DNA of 64,000 nucleotides from Candidatus Blackburnbacteria bacterium (GTDB lineage Bacteria; Patescibacteriota; Microgenomatia; UBA8517; UBA10165): NCBI GenBank assembly GCA_016183565.1, contig JACPEJ010000004.1, positions 41,178 to 105,177 of the forward strand, read 5' to 3'. Shown piece by piece: positions 46,606 to 55,588 of this stretch (position 1 is its first letter; each line of letters starts with the position of its first letter). The notes under the pieces were generated by a model. It saw only the letters and a program-made list of their open reading frames with translations, ran no database searches and was not told where the DNA came from. The position numbers and the translations under genes were made by a program.

Positions 46606-48555
46606 ATGGCTGAAACTGCTTTGGCTGAGGTTGATGTTACAAAACAGCCGCCTTGCGAGCCTTTCCCCCGCAAAGAGACAAAAGAAAGAGATGACGGACT
46701 TCTTATTCCAAGAATTGAGGATTATCCTACCAAAGCTCGGGTCAGAGTTATTGATAACCATAGGGTAGCTGTTCCTCTTTTTCAAAAAGCAGAACGTATG
46801 CTTGATGGCCTTAATTTATTTGCAGAAACTATGGAAGAAACTACAGAAGGAGAGAAGTCACAATTAGAGAGAGCAAAATTACCTACCCAGGAAATGGTTG
46901 ATAGAGCGGATGAACAAATTGCAAAAATTCAAGGGGAGTTTGAGCTTCTTTATGCTATTCACGAAAGACTTCGAAGAGGTGAGGATTGCTCAAAACTTCT
47001 TTTATCAGCTTCCCCTCTTATGGGCACAGATTCCCTCACCCCTTTTGACAGAGAACAGTTCGCAGAGAATCTAAAGTCCGGATTTCGGTTTCGGCAGAGA
47101 ATAAGGCCCCTATTAAAAAACACAGCACATGAGGCGCGTTTGAGGAGCCAGCTTCAGCTACAGAAGAATGCTTTTGCTAGGAGGACTCACAATTTTGTAT
47201 CTGCTCTAGTTGAGCCAGTGAGCCATCCTTTACTTGAGGCTGAGATTGAACAAATAAGGCCAGAGGATTTTGTGGGAAAGTCCCCGTCCTACGCAAAATC
47301 TCATGTAGAGAGTGCAACAGCTGACTTTTGGTCCCAAGCACGCGAGGTGGCACGGGCCGGTGCAGCTACTTGGGTTTACCGAGGAAAAATTCAAGAATGG
47401 GTGGACAGTTCTCGCGACAAACTAGATAGTATGGATGTTTCTTGGACATTTGATACTCGCCTCAATTCGCTAGATTCAACATTTGCCAAGAATGAAGAAT
47501 TATTTGCGCAGGAAGTAGAAGCCGCACCTAAAGAGTCGGTTGAAAAAGTAGTCCATACAGCATTGGCTGAAGTCGGAAAAACTCTTAGTGATGCGGGACA
47601 GGCATATGTTCCCTGGGACCCAGCAGAAAAATCGGCTTTTATGATATATGAGTGGACTCCTTTGGAAGCAGTTCTAATAGCAGAATCCCTTAATCCGAAG
47701 ATTGAAAGATCGCTTGAGGTAGCAAGAAAGTACTCTGTGGCAGATGCCAATAGTTTTCAGTATACGTACGAACATACAAGCGGAGGGTTGGTAGAAGGTG
47801 GCAGGCTTCGGTCGGAGGAGAATAGGGCTTTTCCTAATTCCAGAGAGTTATTTTGGCATGTTGCTCCGTATGGGAAGATGAAGGAAATTTTAAGACGTGG
47901 CGTTCTTGCTTCACGAAGAGCACAAATAGATCGATATGGGGAAAGCTACTTCCACAGCGGCGGCGGAATCAGAACAACAAAAGATAGCGTTATTGTAGTT
48001 GACCAATTCGGCTATGAAAAAACCATTCCCAAGTCGGAATTTAAATTCAACAGAGGCAGGGGGCAAGGGAAACATCCCAACCAAGAAATGTATCAGGTGT
48101 GCTTCTCCCAAAACTGGCCATATTTTTATCAGGACGGGGTGGCCTTAGTATTTAGTAAGGCTTCGTTGTGTTCAAAAGGTCAGTTTTTTGATCGTGATGG
48201 TTGGCATCTTTTTAGTACAGACTATAGAGACAACGAAGTTTCTCCGGGTTTTGAGATTGAGTTGGACAAAGAACCAAACATGTTAATTGCGGTAGTCGGA
48301 GAGAAATGCGAAGATCTAAAAAGATTTTTGGGAAAGGAGCTTGGAAGAACCGACCAGTGGATTTCGGACAACGTGGTTGTGGTACCCAGCTCACCTTCTG
48401 GAACATTTGAGATAGACCTTCCAAAATTACAGGAGCTTTTCTTTTCAAGACACCAGGTTGCAGTTAAACAGGGAGTGTTCATCCCAACCGGAGAAATGGG
48501 AGACCACGGAGGAGGAGGGGTTGATCCTCTTTATACCTATAAAGCGCTATCTTAG
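46606..48555 (+). CDS. large hypothetical cytoplasmic protein (649 aa), no recognisable domain
   Basis: long uninterrupted ORF with ATG start and genome-typical composition; opposite strand to, and inside, the mreBCD cluster. Confidence 0.55.
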   Translation: MAETALAEVDVTKQPPCEPFPRKETKERDDGLLIPRIEDYPTKARVRVIDNHRVAVPLFQKAERMLDGLNLFAETMEETTEGEKSQLERAKLPTQEMVDRADEQIAKIQGEFELLYAIHERLRRGEDCSKLLLSASPLMGTDSLTPFDREQFAENLKSGFRFRQRIRPLLKNTAHEARLRSQLQLQKNAFARRTHNFVSALVEPVSHPLLEAEIEQIRPEDFVGKSPSYAKSHVESATADFWSQAREVARAGAATWVYRGKIQEWVDSSRDKLDSMDVSWTFDTRLNSLDSTFAKNEELFAQEVEAAPKESVEKVVHTALAEVGKTLSDAGQAYVPWDPAEKSAFMIYEWTPLEAVLIAESLNPKIERSLEVARKYSVADANSFQYTYEHTSGGLVEGGRLRSEENRAFPNSRELFWHVAPYGKMKEILRRGVLASRRAQIDRYGESYFHSGGGIRTTKDSVIVVDQFGYEKTIPKSEFKFNRGRGQGKHPNQEMYQVCFSQNWPYFYQDGVALVFSKASLCSKGQFFDRDGWHLFSTDYRDNEVSPGFEIELDKEPNMLIAVVGEKCEDLKRFLGKELGRTDQWISDNVVVVPSSPSGTFEIDLPKLQELFFSRHQVAVKQGVFIPTGEMGDHGGGGVDPLYTYKALS

Positions 48556-49617
48556 CCCACCGGTAACGCGCACGCGTTCTAGAAGTTTTGGGTTATCCAA
48601 AACTTTTCCTGTTCCTCTTGCAACTGCTGTTAGAGGGTCCTCACAAACCCAGACTGGAATTTTTACAGCTTCAGAAACCAACTGATCAAGGCCAACTATT
48701 AGGGCTCCTCCTCCTGCAAGAACTATTCCTTTTTCCATAATATCGGCAACAAGCTCGGGTGGAGCTTCTTCTAGGGTATCGGCAATTTTTTCTACGACTT
48801 GTTGTAAAACAGAAGAGAGTGCTTCCCTGACTTCTTGAGAGGAAACTTTTATGGATTTGGGCAATCCGGTTTCTAGGTCGCGGCCGCGAACAACAAAATG
48901 CTTCTCGATTTTTTGCGATACTGCTGTTCCGATTTCAACTTTTAACTCTTCGGCAGTAGTTCGCCCAACAAGAAGTGAGTAACGGTTTCGGAGATAGGAG
49001 ATCATTGCCTCGTCCATTTCATCTCCTGCAACTCTTAAGCCTCTGTTTAAAACTATTCCGCCTAAGGATATAAGTGCAATTTCAGTTGTTCCTCCACCCA
49101 TGTCAACAACAAAAACTCCTCCTGCGTCTTCAACATTTAAACCTGCGCCAATTGCTGCTGCCATTGGTTCCTCGATAAGATATGCTTTTCTGGCACCAGC
49201 TGATAATGCTGCATCTTGGACTGCTCGTCTTTCAACTTCTGTAACACCTGAGGGAATTCCCACAACTACTCGCGGTTTGGGGATTTTGGGCATGCCCAAT
49301 CGCTGTGCACCTTGAGGTGTTTCGTGAATTTTTTTAATAAAATAGGTAAGCATTGCTGTGGTTGCATCAAAATCAGCAATTACTCCGTCCTTAAGGGGTC
49401 TTATGGCTTCAATTGTTTGAGGGGTCCGGCCCTCCATTTTTTTAGCGGACGAACCAATTGCTAAAATTTCTTTGGTTTTTTTATGCCTTGCAACAACTGA
49501 GGGTTCGCGGATTACAATTCCTTTGCCTTTTACATAAACTAATGTATTGGCAGTACCAAGGTCGATGCCAATATCGTAACTAAATAGACCAAAGAAGGAG
49601 TCGAACATAATTTTCAA
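48547..49617 (-). CDS. mreB: rod shape-determining protein MreB (actin homologue)
   Basis: IGIDLGTANTLVYVKGKGIV phosphate-1; DMGGGTTEIALIS; actin-fold motifs. Confidence 0.9.
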   Translation of the reverse strand: MKIMFDSFFGLFSYDIGIDLGTANTLVYVKGKGIVIREPSVVARHKKTKEILAIGSSAKKMEGRTPQTIEAIRPLKDGVIADFDATTAMLTYFIKKIHETPQGAQRLGMPKIPKPRVVVGIPSGVTEVERRAVQDAALSAGARKAYLIEEPMAAAIGAGLNVEDAGGVFVVDMGGGTTEIALISLGGIVLNRGLRVAGDEMDEAMISYLRNRYSLLVGRTTAEELKVEIGTAVSQKIEKHFVVRGRDLETGLPKSIKVSSQEVREALSSVLQQVVEKIADTLEEAPPELVADIMEKGIVLAGGGALIVGLDQLVSEAVKIPVWVCEDPLTAVARGTGKVLDNPKLLERVRVTGGLR

Positions 49618-49690
49618 TTTTCAATTTTCAATGAAATTTGATCAATTGATCAAATGAAAATTCATTGAAATTTTGCTTTGTAGTATAGCA
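49611..49690. repeat. AT-rich palindromic intergenic element
   Basis: taattttcaattttcaattttcaatgaaatttgatcaattgatcaaatgaaaattcattgaaatttt. Confidence 0.7.
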
Positions 49691-49716
49691 TAGCTTGAGG
49701 TGTTACTCTTACCTAT

Positions 49717-51924
49717 ATGATACTCCATATGTATCGATTTGCAGACAAGCTTCAGTCTTTCTCTCTCTACGCTATCTTTGCCATAGTCCCCCTTTTCTTT
49801 TCTTCTTTAAATTCTGAGCTTTTTGAGATACCGAAGATGGCGTTTGTTTATGTGTTTGCGATTCTTGTGCTTTTTTCTTGGGCAATAAAATCTTTGCTTC
49901 AAGGAAGGTTTCTCTTTAGACGGACACCACTAGATATACCTTTAGCTATTTTTTTATTAGCATTATCACTATCCACTCTTACTTCTATCGATAGGTATAC
50001 TTCTTTTTGGGGATATTACTCTCGACCTTTTGGCGGTTTTGTGTCGACAGCGACATTTGTCGTTCTTTATTGGGCGTATGTGTCTAATATGGGGAAACGG
50101 GAAACTGAAAACGTGATACGGATTTTAATCGGATCGGCAGTGGTAATTTCGATTTGGGGAATTTTAGAGCATTTTGGGGTAAGTCCAAGCTGTGTGATTT
50201 TAAAAGGCGAGTTTAATGTTTCTTGTTGGGCACCTGATGTAAGGGCTCGAGTTTTTGCAACTTTTGGGCAGCCAAATTGGATGGCAGCTTGGTTGGTTGC
50301 TGTGGCACCACTTTCTTGGCAGCTAATCCTTAGGTGCAAAGCTATTCCACTCCCGATGTGGAATACGTTGGCACATCGGGAGATACTATCACGGTCTGCT
50401 CTCTATATCTCGCCCTTTTTGTTATTCACAGCAATCCTTTACACAAAGTCGCGTTCTGGCTTGGTAGCATTTGGTGTTTCGTTTGTAATCTTTTGGTCTT
50501 TCGTGTTTTTCCACCAGTCTCGCAAGGTGAGACCTTGCAAGCCCAGATGTCAGTCTTTTTTGCTAATTGTTACTTCTTATCTTTTGCTTGTTGCCTTTTC
50601 CGGTTCGCCATGGTCACCGAGTATCACACAATTGTTTGGGGGGAAATCAAAAAATATTGACCTGCGGGTTGCAAGTAATGTTGTGGGCAATGAGTCATCT
50701 CCATCTCCACCCTCGGGTGGAACTGATTCTTTTGCCATAAGAAAAATAGTTTGGAAGGGTGCAATAGATATTTGGAAACATTACCCCATCTTAGGTTCCG
50801 GAGTTGAAACTTTTGCGTACACTTATTACAACTTCCGTCCACAAGAACATAACTATACTTCTGAGTGGGATCTTTTATATAACAAGGCACACAATGAATA
50901 TCTACATTATCTAGCTAATACGGGTCTAGTAGGTTTAGGTAGTTATCTTTTGCTGATTGGTGCCTTCCTGTGGAATATCAAAAAAAGGGTGCTTCCTCCG
51001 GAAGGGCAAATATTAAAAATCAAAAATATAAATCAAAATCTAAAAAATTTTTTCACTTTGAATTTTGCACTTTTATCTGGCTTTGTCAGTATACTCATAA
51101 CCAACTCCGTCAGTTTTTCTACTGTCTCTATTGCCACTTTGTTTTTTCTGTTTCCTGCAATGGCAATAACGCTAAAAAGCGACTCGTTAGCTCGCAAGCT
51201 CGAAACTCGAAAAAATAACGAGTCACGAGCTGACAAGTTACGACTCCTCTCTCTACTCTTTCCCCTTCTTGTTGTGTGTTATTTATTATTTGTTACCTAT
51301 CGCTTTTGGTACGCTGATACTCTTTATAAGAAAGCAGTAGATCTTGTTGAGCAGGGTGAAGGAAACCAATCAAGTATTTATCTTGAGCAAGCTTTGAAAA
51401 TGCGCCCAAATGAGCCTCGTTATCTTGATAAACTTGCTTCATCAACTTCTATTGTGGCTGCCTATCTTTCTGAGGATGCACAGAAACCAAAAGAAGCTAA
51501 GGAGTTAGCGGAGGTTTCGGAAAGATTCTCAAACTCTGCGCTTATTATATCCCCTTATAATGTTCAGTTTTGGTCAAATCGTGCCATTTATTTTAAGCGG
51601 CTTGCAGCAATTGAGCCTAAGTATCTGCTACTTGCAGTTGAGGCTTTGGAGAAGGCAGCCAGACTTGCACCTACTGATCCTAAAATCCACTATAACCTTG
51701 GGGTGCTTTACTCAAGGAGTGGTGACTTGCAAAAAGCCTTGGCTACGCTCCAAAAATCAGTTGAATTAAAGACAGATTATTATGATGCAAGAGTTGGTCT
51801 TGCAGAGTTGTATCTTGAAAATGGTGAAAAAGAGAAAGCAATTAACGAGTTGGAGTTTGTTTTGAAGAATATTAATCCGGCGGATAAGGATGTTAAAGAG
51901 GTGTTGGAGAAATTGAAAAAATAA
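49717..51924 (+). CDS. O-antigen ligase (Wzy_C)-like polytopic membrane protein with C-terminal TPR repeats
   Basis: Wzy_C-like loop (KAHNEYLHYLANTGLVGLGSYLLL); at least 10 TM helices; C-terminal TPR units (YNLGVLYSRSGDLQKALATLQKSVEL...). Confidence 0.65.
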   Translation: MILHMYRFADKLQSFSLYAIFAIVPLFFSSLNSELFEIPKMAFVYVFAILVLFSWAIKSLLQGRFLFRRTPLDIPLAIFLLALSLSTLTSIDRYTSFWGYYSRPFGGFVSTATFVVLYWAYVSNMGKRETENVIRILIGSAVVISIWGILEHFGVSPSCVILKGEFNVSCWAPDVRARVFATFGQPNWMAAWLVAVAPLSWQLILRCKAIPLPMWNTLAHREILSRSALYISPFLLFTAILYTKSRSGLVAFGVSFVIFWSFVFFHQSRKVRPCKPRCQSFLLIVTSYLLLVAFSGSPWSPSITQLFGGKSKNIDLRVASNVVGNESSPSPPSGGTDSFAIRKIVWKGAIDIWKHYPILGSGVETFAYTYYNFRPQEHNYTSEWDLLYNKAHNEYLHYLANTGLVGLGSYLLLIGAFLWNIKKRVLPPEGQILKIKNINQNLKNFFTLNFALLSGFVSILITNSVSFSTVSIATLFFLFPAMAITLKSDSLARKLETRKNNESRADKLRLLSLLFPLLVVCYLLFVTYRFWYADTLYKKAVDLVEQGEGNQSSIYLEQALKMRPNEPRYLDKLASSTSIVAAYLSEDAQKPKEAKELAEVSERFSNSALIISPYNVQFWSNRAIYFKRLAAIEPKYLLLAVEALEKAARLAPTDPKIHYNLGVLYSRSGDLQKALATLQKSVELKTDYYDARVGLAELYLENGEKEKAINELEFVLKNINPADKDVKEVLEKLKK
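50335..50390. repeat. nested-hairpin repeat element, copy C (inside CDS)
   Basis: tgcaaagctattccactcccgatgtggaatacgttggcacatcggg; translated in-frame as CKAIPLPMWNTLAHRE. Confidence 0.7.
50517..50543. repeat. palindromic cgcaagg element inside CDS
   Basis: agtctcgcaaggtgagaccttgcaagc; translated as QSRKVRPCKP. Confidence 0.6.
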
Positions 51925-52061
51925 ACCACTCGCTTCGCTCGGGACTGTTTTCTGCGAAAATGAAGGCGGGTTGCGCAGTAAGATAAGATAAGTCTCGAAA
52001 GTTTATGGTACTTGTGGTACCCGATACTTTCGGTACTCTCCTACCGCGCCACCCGCCAGTT

Positions 52062-52391
52062 TTAGCGACGCCCTTCTCGCACATCTTCGCGCAAGCGAGT
52101 TAGGCGTGCCAGTTCCTCTGGAGTGAAAGTAAAACCGACCTTTCCCCGGCCGTGCGGAAAGGTAACAACGAATTCCGGAGGACCATCGTATGTCTCCAAG
52201 AACGAGTTCACAATGGAAGCTATTTCCCGCTCCCGCCGCAGCTCCATCACGCCGAACAACAGTACGACGATACCGGCGACAGTGAACCCAAGCGCAAGCA
52301 ACAACAGTACACCTTCCGTACTCATCGGGTTTTCTCCTTCTCCTTCCTCTGCGCTATCCTTTTGGCCACCGACGGTGCATGCCCCAGACAA
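52062..52391 (-). CDS. hypothetical small membrane protein in GC-rich island
   Basis: 109 aa with one strong TM helix (GVLLLLALGFTVAGIVVLLFGV); overlapping ORFs on both strands make the call uncertain. Confidence 0.3.
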   Translation of the reverse strand: MSGACTVGGQKDSAEEGEGENPMSTEGVLLLLALGFTVAGIVVLLFGVMELRREREIASIVNSFLETYDGPPEFVVTFPHGRGKVGFTFTPEELARLTRLREDVREGRR

Positions 52392-52450
52392 GTTTGCCCA
52401 AAACCATGGCTGTAACTAAGATCGTGATCAGGTTGATGGCCACTTGGCTG

Positions 52451-52657
52451 TCAGTGTCCATTGACCACCTTTCTGATCTGGGCAAACCATCTGTCCAAAA
52501 TCCGGGGGCCGTGGATCGCGAACATAAATGTGTTCGCGATGGCCGTCAGCGAGAAAACTACAGCCGCCCCAAGCACAATCTCTGGCGGCATCCACGATCC
52601 GGTCACGATCAGCACTGCCAAGACTGCTCCGATCCCTAAGAGCACTAACGGTAGCAT
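52451..52657 (-). CDS. hypothetical small membrane protein in GC-rich island
   Basis: 68 aa with two TM helices; GC-rich. Confidence 0.3.
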   Translation of the reverse strand: MLPLVLLGIGAVLAVLIVTGSWMPPEIVLGAAVVFSLTAIANTFMFAIHGPRILDRWFAQIRKVVNGH

Positions 52658-52870
52658 CTCTCTCCTCTCCCTTGATATTTGATGTGCGAACTTCCAGGTT
52701 CCTCAAGAGCGAACTCTCGAGTCTGAAAGACATTTTCTAAGTGTGGGCATACTATATCACAGAAAGGACCAAAAATCAAGTATTATGGGATAAAAAGTAC
52801 CGTGGGGCTGATTTGACAACAATCTAAGACCTGACTCGGCTTTGAAGCTAGGTTATGGTAAAATACGTAT

Positions 52871-53461
52871 ATGATTCGGAAGATATTGCGTACAACTGAT
52901 CCCAAATTGAGAACAATCTCTAAGCCAGTTCAAAAAGTCGACAAGAAACTTCTAAAGCTCTTGCGTGATTTAGAGGATACAGTGAAGGCCCAAAAAGACC
53001 CGGAGGGTATTGGCCTTGCTGCACCCCAAATCGGTGAGTTCGTATGTGTGTTTGTAATTCGGGACAAACACCAAATCAAAACTTTCATAAACCCTGAAAT
53101 TGTAAAAAGTTCAAAAAAGACTAATGATCCCAAGAAAAAACCAGAAGAAGAAGAGTATTTTATGGAAGGTTGTCTCTCGCTTCCCCACTATTACGGGCCT
53201 GTTGAACGCGCTTTGTCTGTTACGGTAAAATACCAAGTTCCTCAACTACAACCTACAGCCTACGGTTCGACTGTCCTGAGCTCACCGTCGAAGGACAACC
53301 TACATACTTTACAAAAGACCTTCCGAGGTTTTATAGCCCAAGTAATACAACATGAGATTGACCATCTAAAGGGTAGGGTTTTTACAGAGCGCTTGATTGA
53401 GCAGAAACGAAAACTTTTTAAGCTTTACGGTGACCATTGGGATGAGGTTGAATTGCCATGA
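52871..53461 (+). CDS. def: peptide deformylase
   Basis: GIGLAAPQIG; EGCLS; QHEIDHLKG metal-binding motifs, with lineage-specific inserts. Confidence 0.8.
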   Translation: MIRKILRTTDPKLRTISKPVQKVDKKLLKLLRDLEDTVKAQKDPEGIGLAAPQIGEFVCVFVIRDKHQIKTFINPEIVKSSKKTNDPKKKPEEEEYFMEGCLSLPHYYGPVERALSVTVKYQVPQLQPTAYGSTVLSSPSKDNLHTLQKTFRGFIAQVIQHEIDHLKGRVFTERLIEQKRKLFKLYGDHWDEVELP

Positions 53462-54426
53462 ACAAGATTGTTTTCTTTGGGACTCCAGACTATGTTTTGC
53501 CCGTACTTGATACACTGAAAAACCACGGGTATGAAATTGCAGCAGTCGTAACTCAACCCCCGAAGCTAGTTGGTAGAAAACAAATACTGACTCCCTCCCC
53601 TGTTGCTCAGTGGGCAGAAAAACAAGGTATTCGGGTTATTGACGAGTCGCCAAAAAAGATTGTTAACACGCTGGAAGAACTAGATGCAGAAGTTGGAATC
53701 TTGGAAGCTTACGGTAGAATCTTGCCACTTGAAATCCTTAATGTTTTTCCCCAAGGCATAGTAAATGTCCATCCCTCACTTTTGCCAAGATGGCGAGGCG
53801 CATCTCCTATTGAGGCAACTATTGTAGCTGGAGATAAGGTAACAGGAGTTACAATAATAAGGCTTGATGAGGAAATCGATCACGGGCCTATGCTTACACA
53901 ATTTACTGAAGAAGTGAGATCAGATGATACCAAAATTACCTTGCGCTCAAGACTTTTCCGAAAAGCAGCAGATGAGCTGGTTCGAGCTTTGCCTCTTTAT
54001 CTAGAAGGAAAACTTGAGCTTAAAGAGCAAGATCATTCGAAGGTAACTTATACAACCCTAATTCAAAAAGATCATGGCTTTATCCCTCCACAATACATTG
54101 CATTAGCCTTGCAAGGGGACGCCTTGCAAGGCTATGAGCGGTATGAGTGGTTGATTCCGTTTGTCAAAAACTTCACCCTTCACCCTTCACCCTTCACCCT
54201 CGAACGTTTCATCCGCGCTCTTGATCCCTGGCCAGGAGCTTGGACGTTTGTTAAGCTAGGAAGCCATAATGCTATGAAGCAATCGCGCTTAAAACTACTC
54301 GTGGCTCACACAGAAAAAGGCTCCATAGCTCACCTTGCTCTTGACACTGTCCAGCACGAAGGCAAAAATCCAGTTTCTTGGAAACAGTTTAAGGAAGCTT
54401 ATCCTGAGGCGAGGTTTGAAAACTAA
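53458..54426 (+). CDS. fmt: methionyl-tRNA formyltransferase
   Basis: N-terminal formyltransferase domain (IVFFGTPDYVLPVLDTL ... HPSLLPRWRGASPIEATI); follows def in the classic def-fmt operon. Confidence 0.9.
   Translation: MNKIVFFGTPDYVLPVLDTLKNHGYEIAAVVTQPPKLVGRKQILTPSPVAQWAEKQGIRVIDESPKKIVNTLEELDAEVGILEAYGRILPLEILNVFPQGIVNVHPSLLPRWRGASPIEATIVAGDKVTGVTIIRLDEEIDHGPMLTQFTEEVRSDDTKITLRSRLFRKAADELVRALPLYLEGKLELKEQDHSKVTYTTLIQKDHGFIPPQYIALALQGDALQGYERYEWLIPFVKNFTLHPSPFTLERFIRALDPWPGAWTFVKLGSHNAMKQSRLKLLVAHTEKGSIAHLALDTVQHEGKNPVSWKQFKEAYPEARFEN
54105..54133. repeat. palindromic (ccttgcaagg)x2 element inside fmt
   Basis: agccttgcaaggggacgccttgcaaggct; encodes in-frame [11 protein letters not shown]. 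Confidence 0.7.
54171..54193. repeat. tandem heptamer (cttcacc)x3 inside fmt
   Basis: cttcacccttcacccttcaccc; encodes FTLHPSPFTL; same heptamer as in recR. Confidence 0.6.
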
Positions 54427-54665
54427 GAAGCTGTTTGTACCGCACCAACTCTTCGTCCACCGGACTTCACAGCTCGCGTTACAGTCTTACCTTTAACTAA
54501 CCTCAAACACTTTGTGCAAAACTTTTTTCGCATGTTTTTTCCACTCTCTGCAATCCAATAGGCATGAAGATTGGGTTTGAAAATTCTTCTATTTCGTTTT
54601 CCGGAAAAGGTGACTTGGCGTCCGATCATCCTACTTTTTCCGCATAAAGAACAAATGTTAGCCAT
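54423..54665 (-). CDS. rpmB: 50S ribosomal protein L28
   Basis: MANICSLCGKSRMIGRQVTFSGKRNRRIFKPNLH matches the L28 N-terminus. Confidence 0.7.
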   Translation of the reverse strand: MANICSLCGKSRMIGRQVTFSGKRNRRIFKPNLHAYWIAESGKNMRKKFCTKCLRLVKGKTVTRAVKSGGRRVGAVQTAS

Positions 54666-54721
54666 GGAAAATTGCTCCTTCTAACCTGTATACTATATCA
54701 AATTCTGGTATAAGCATCAAT

Positions 54722-55360
54722 ATGTTCAACTTTTTAAACCCTGTGGAGCTAATTCTACTTGTTCCAGCGCTTTTGGTTGCCGTTGTTGTTCACGAATTTG
54801 CACATGCTTGGGCTGCAGATAGACTAGGTGATCCAACGCCAAGAATTCAGGGAAGACTAACTTTAAATCCACTTGCCCATCTTGACCTTTTAGGAAGCTT
54901 AATGTTTCTTTTGTTTCGCTTTGGTTGGGGAAAGCCGGTTCAATTTGATCCTTACAATCTTGAAAATCCGAGGCGTGACGCTGCAATAATTTCTTTTGCT
55001 GGTCCAGCTTCAAATCTCGTTACTGCAGCAGTTTTAGCAGTAATAACTTATTTTACACTCTCAATAAGAGGGATTCCGGAAATTGTAGATATACTCACTG
55101 TGCGTTTAATCCAATTTAATGTGGTATTGGCAGTTTTTAACTTAGTTCCAATCCACCCTCTTGATGGGGGGAAGGTTTTGATTGGCCTTTTACCTCCTGA
55201 TACTGCGCAAGATTGGGATCGGATTATGCAACAATATGGATTTATAATTCTTATAGCTTTGGTTCTGCCGATTTTTGGCACGTCTTTAATTTGGTCAATC
55301 ATAGGTCCTGTTATTAATTTTCTTTTGGGCTTATTTTTACCGTCATCTAATTGGATTTAG
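54722..55360 (+). CDS. membrane zinc metalloprotease, peptidase M50 (site-2 protease family)
   Basis: HEFAHAWAA HExxH in a TM helix; LDGGKV second metal motif. Confidence 0.75.
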   Translation: MFNFLNPVELILLVPALLVAVVVHEFAHAWAADRLGDPTPRIQGRLTLNPLAHLDLLGSLMFLLFRFGWGKPVQFDPYNLENPRRDAAIISFAGPASNLVTAAVLAVITYFTLSIRGIPEIVDILTVRLIQFNVVLAVFNLVPIHPLDGGKVLIGLLPPDTAQDWDRIMQQYGFIILIALVLPIFGTSLIWSIIGPVINFLLGLFLPSSNWI

Positions 55361-55588
55361 CTTCAATTTCTATATTGTTGCCTTGACCAAGATGTGTTTT
55401 CATGATATTCTATAGTTGCCCTACCGATAGCGGGGCTTAACAATCGGAGAATTTTTCCCTCATCAAAGGTTTCCTTCTCGGGAGAGCAGAGTTCTTGTAT
55501 CGCCGTGGTGATACAGACAGCTTACCCACTTGTTGAAAAAAGGGGGAAATCTCTCCGAATGGTCCCTAAAGCGGTGGGGTTATTGTAA

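Noticed and set aside
55360-55588. SRP RNA / other ncRNA downstream of rpmG
   Set aside because: Contains hairpins (ccgatagcggggcttaacaatcgg; acccac...gtggggt) and a GGGGGAAA...CCCCCTTTTTT terminator-like segment on the minus strand, but no match to the SRP domain IV consensus that I could verify by eye.
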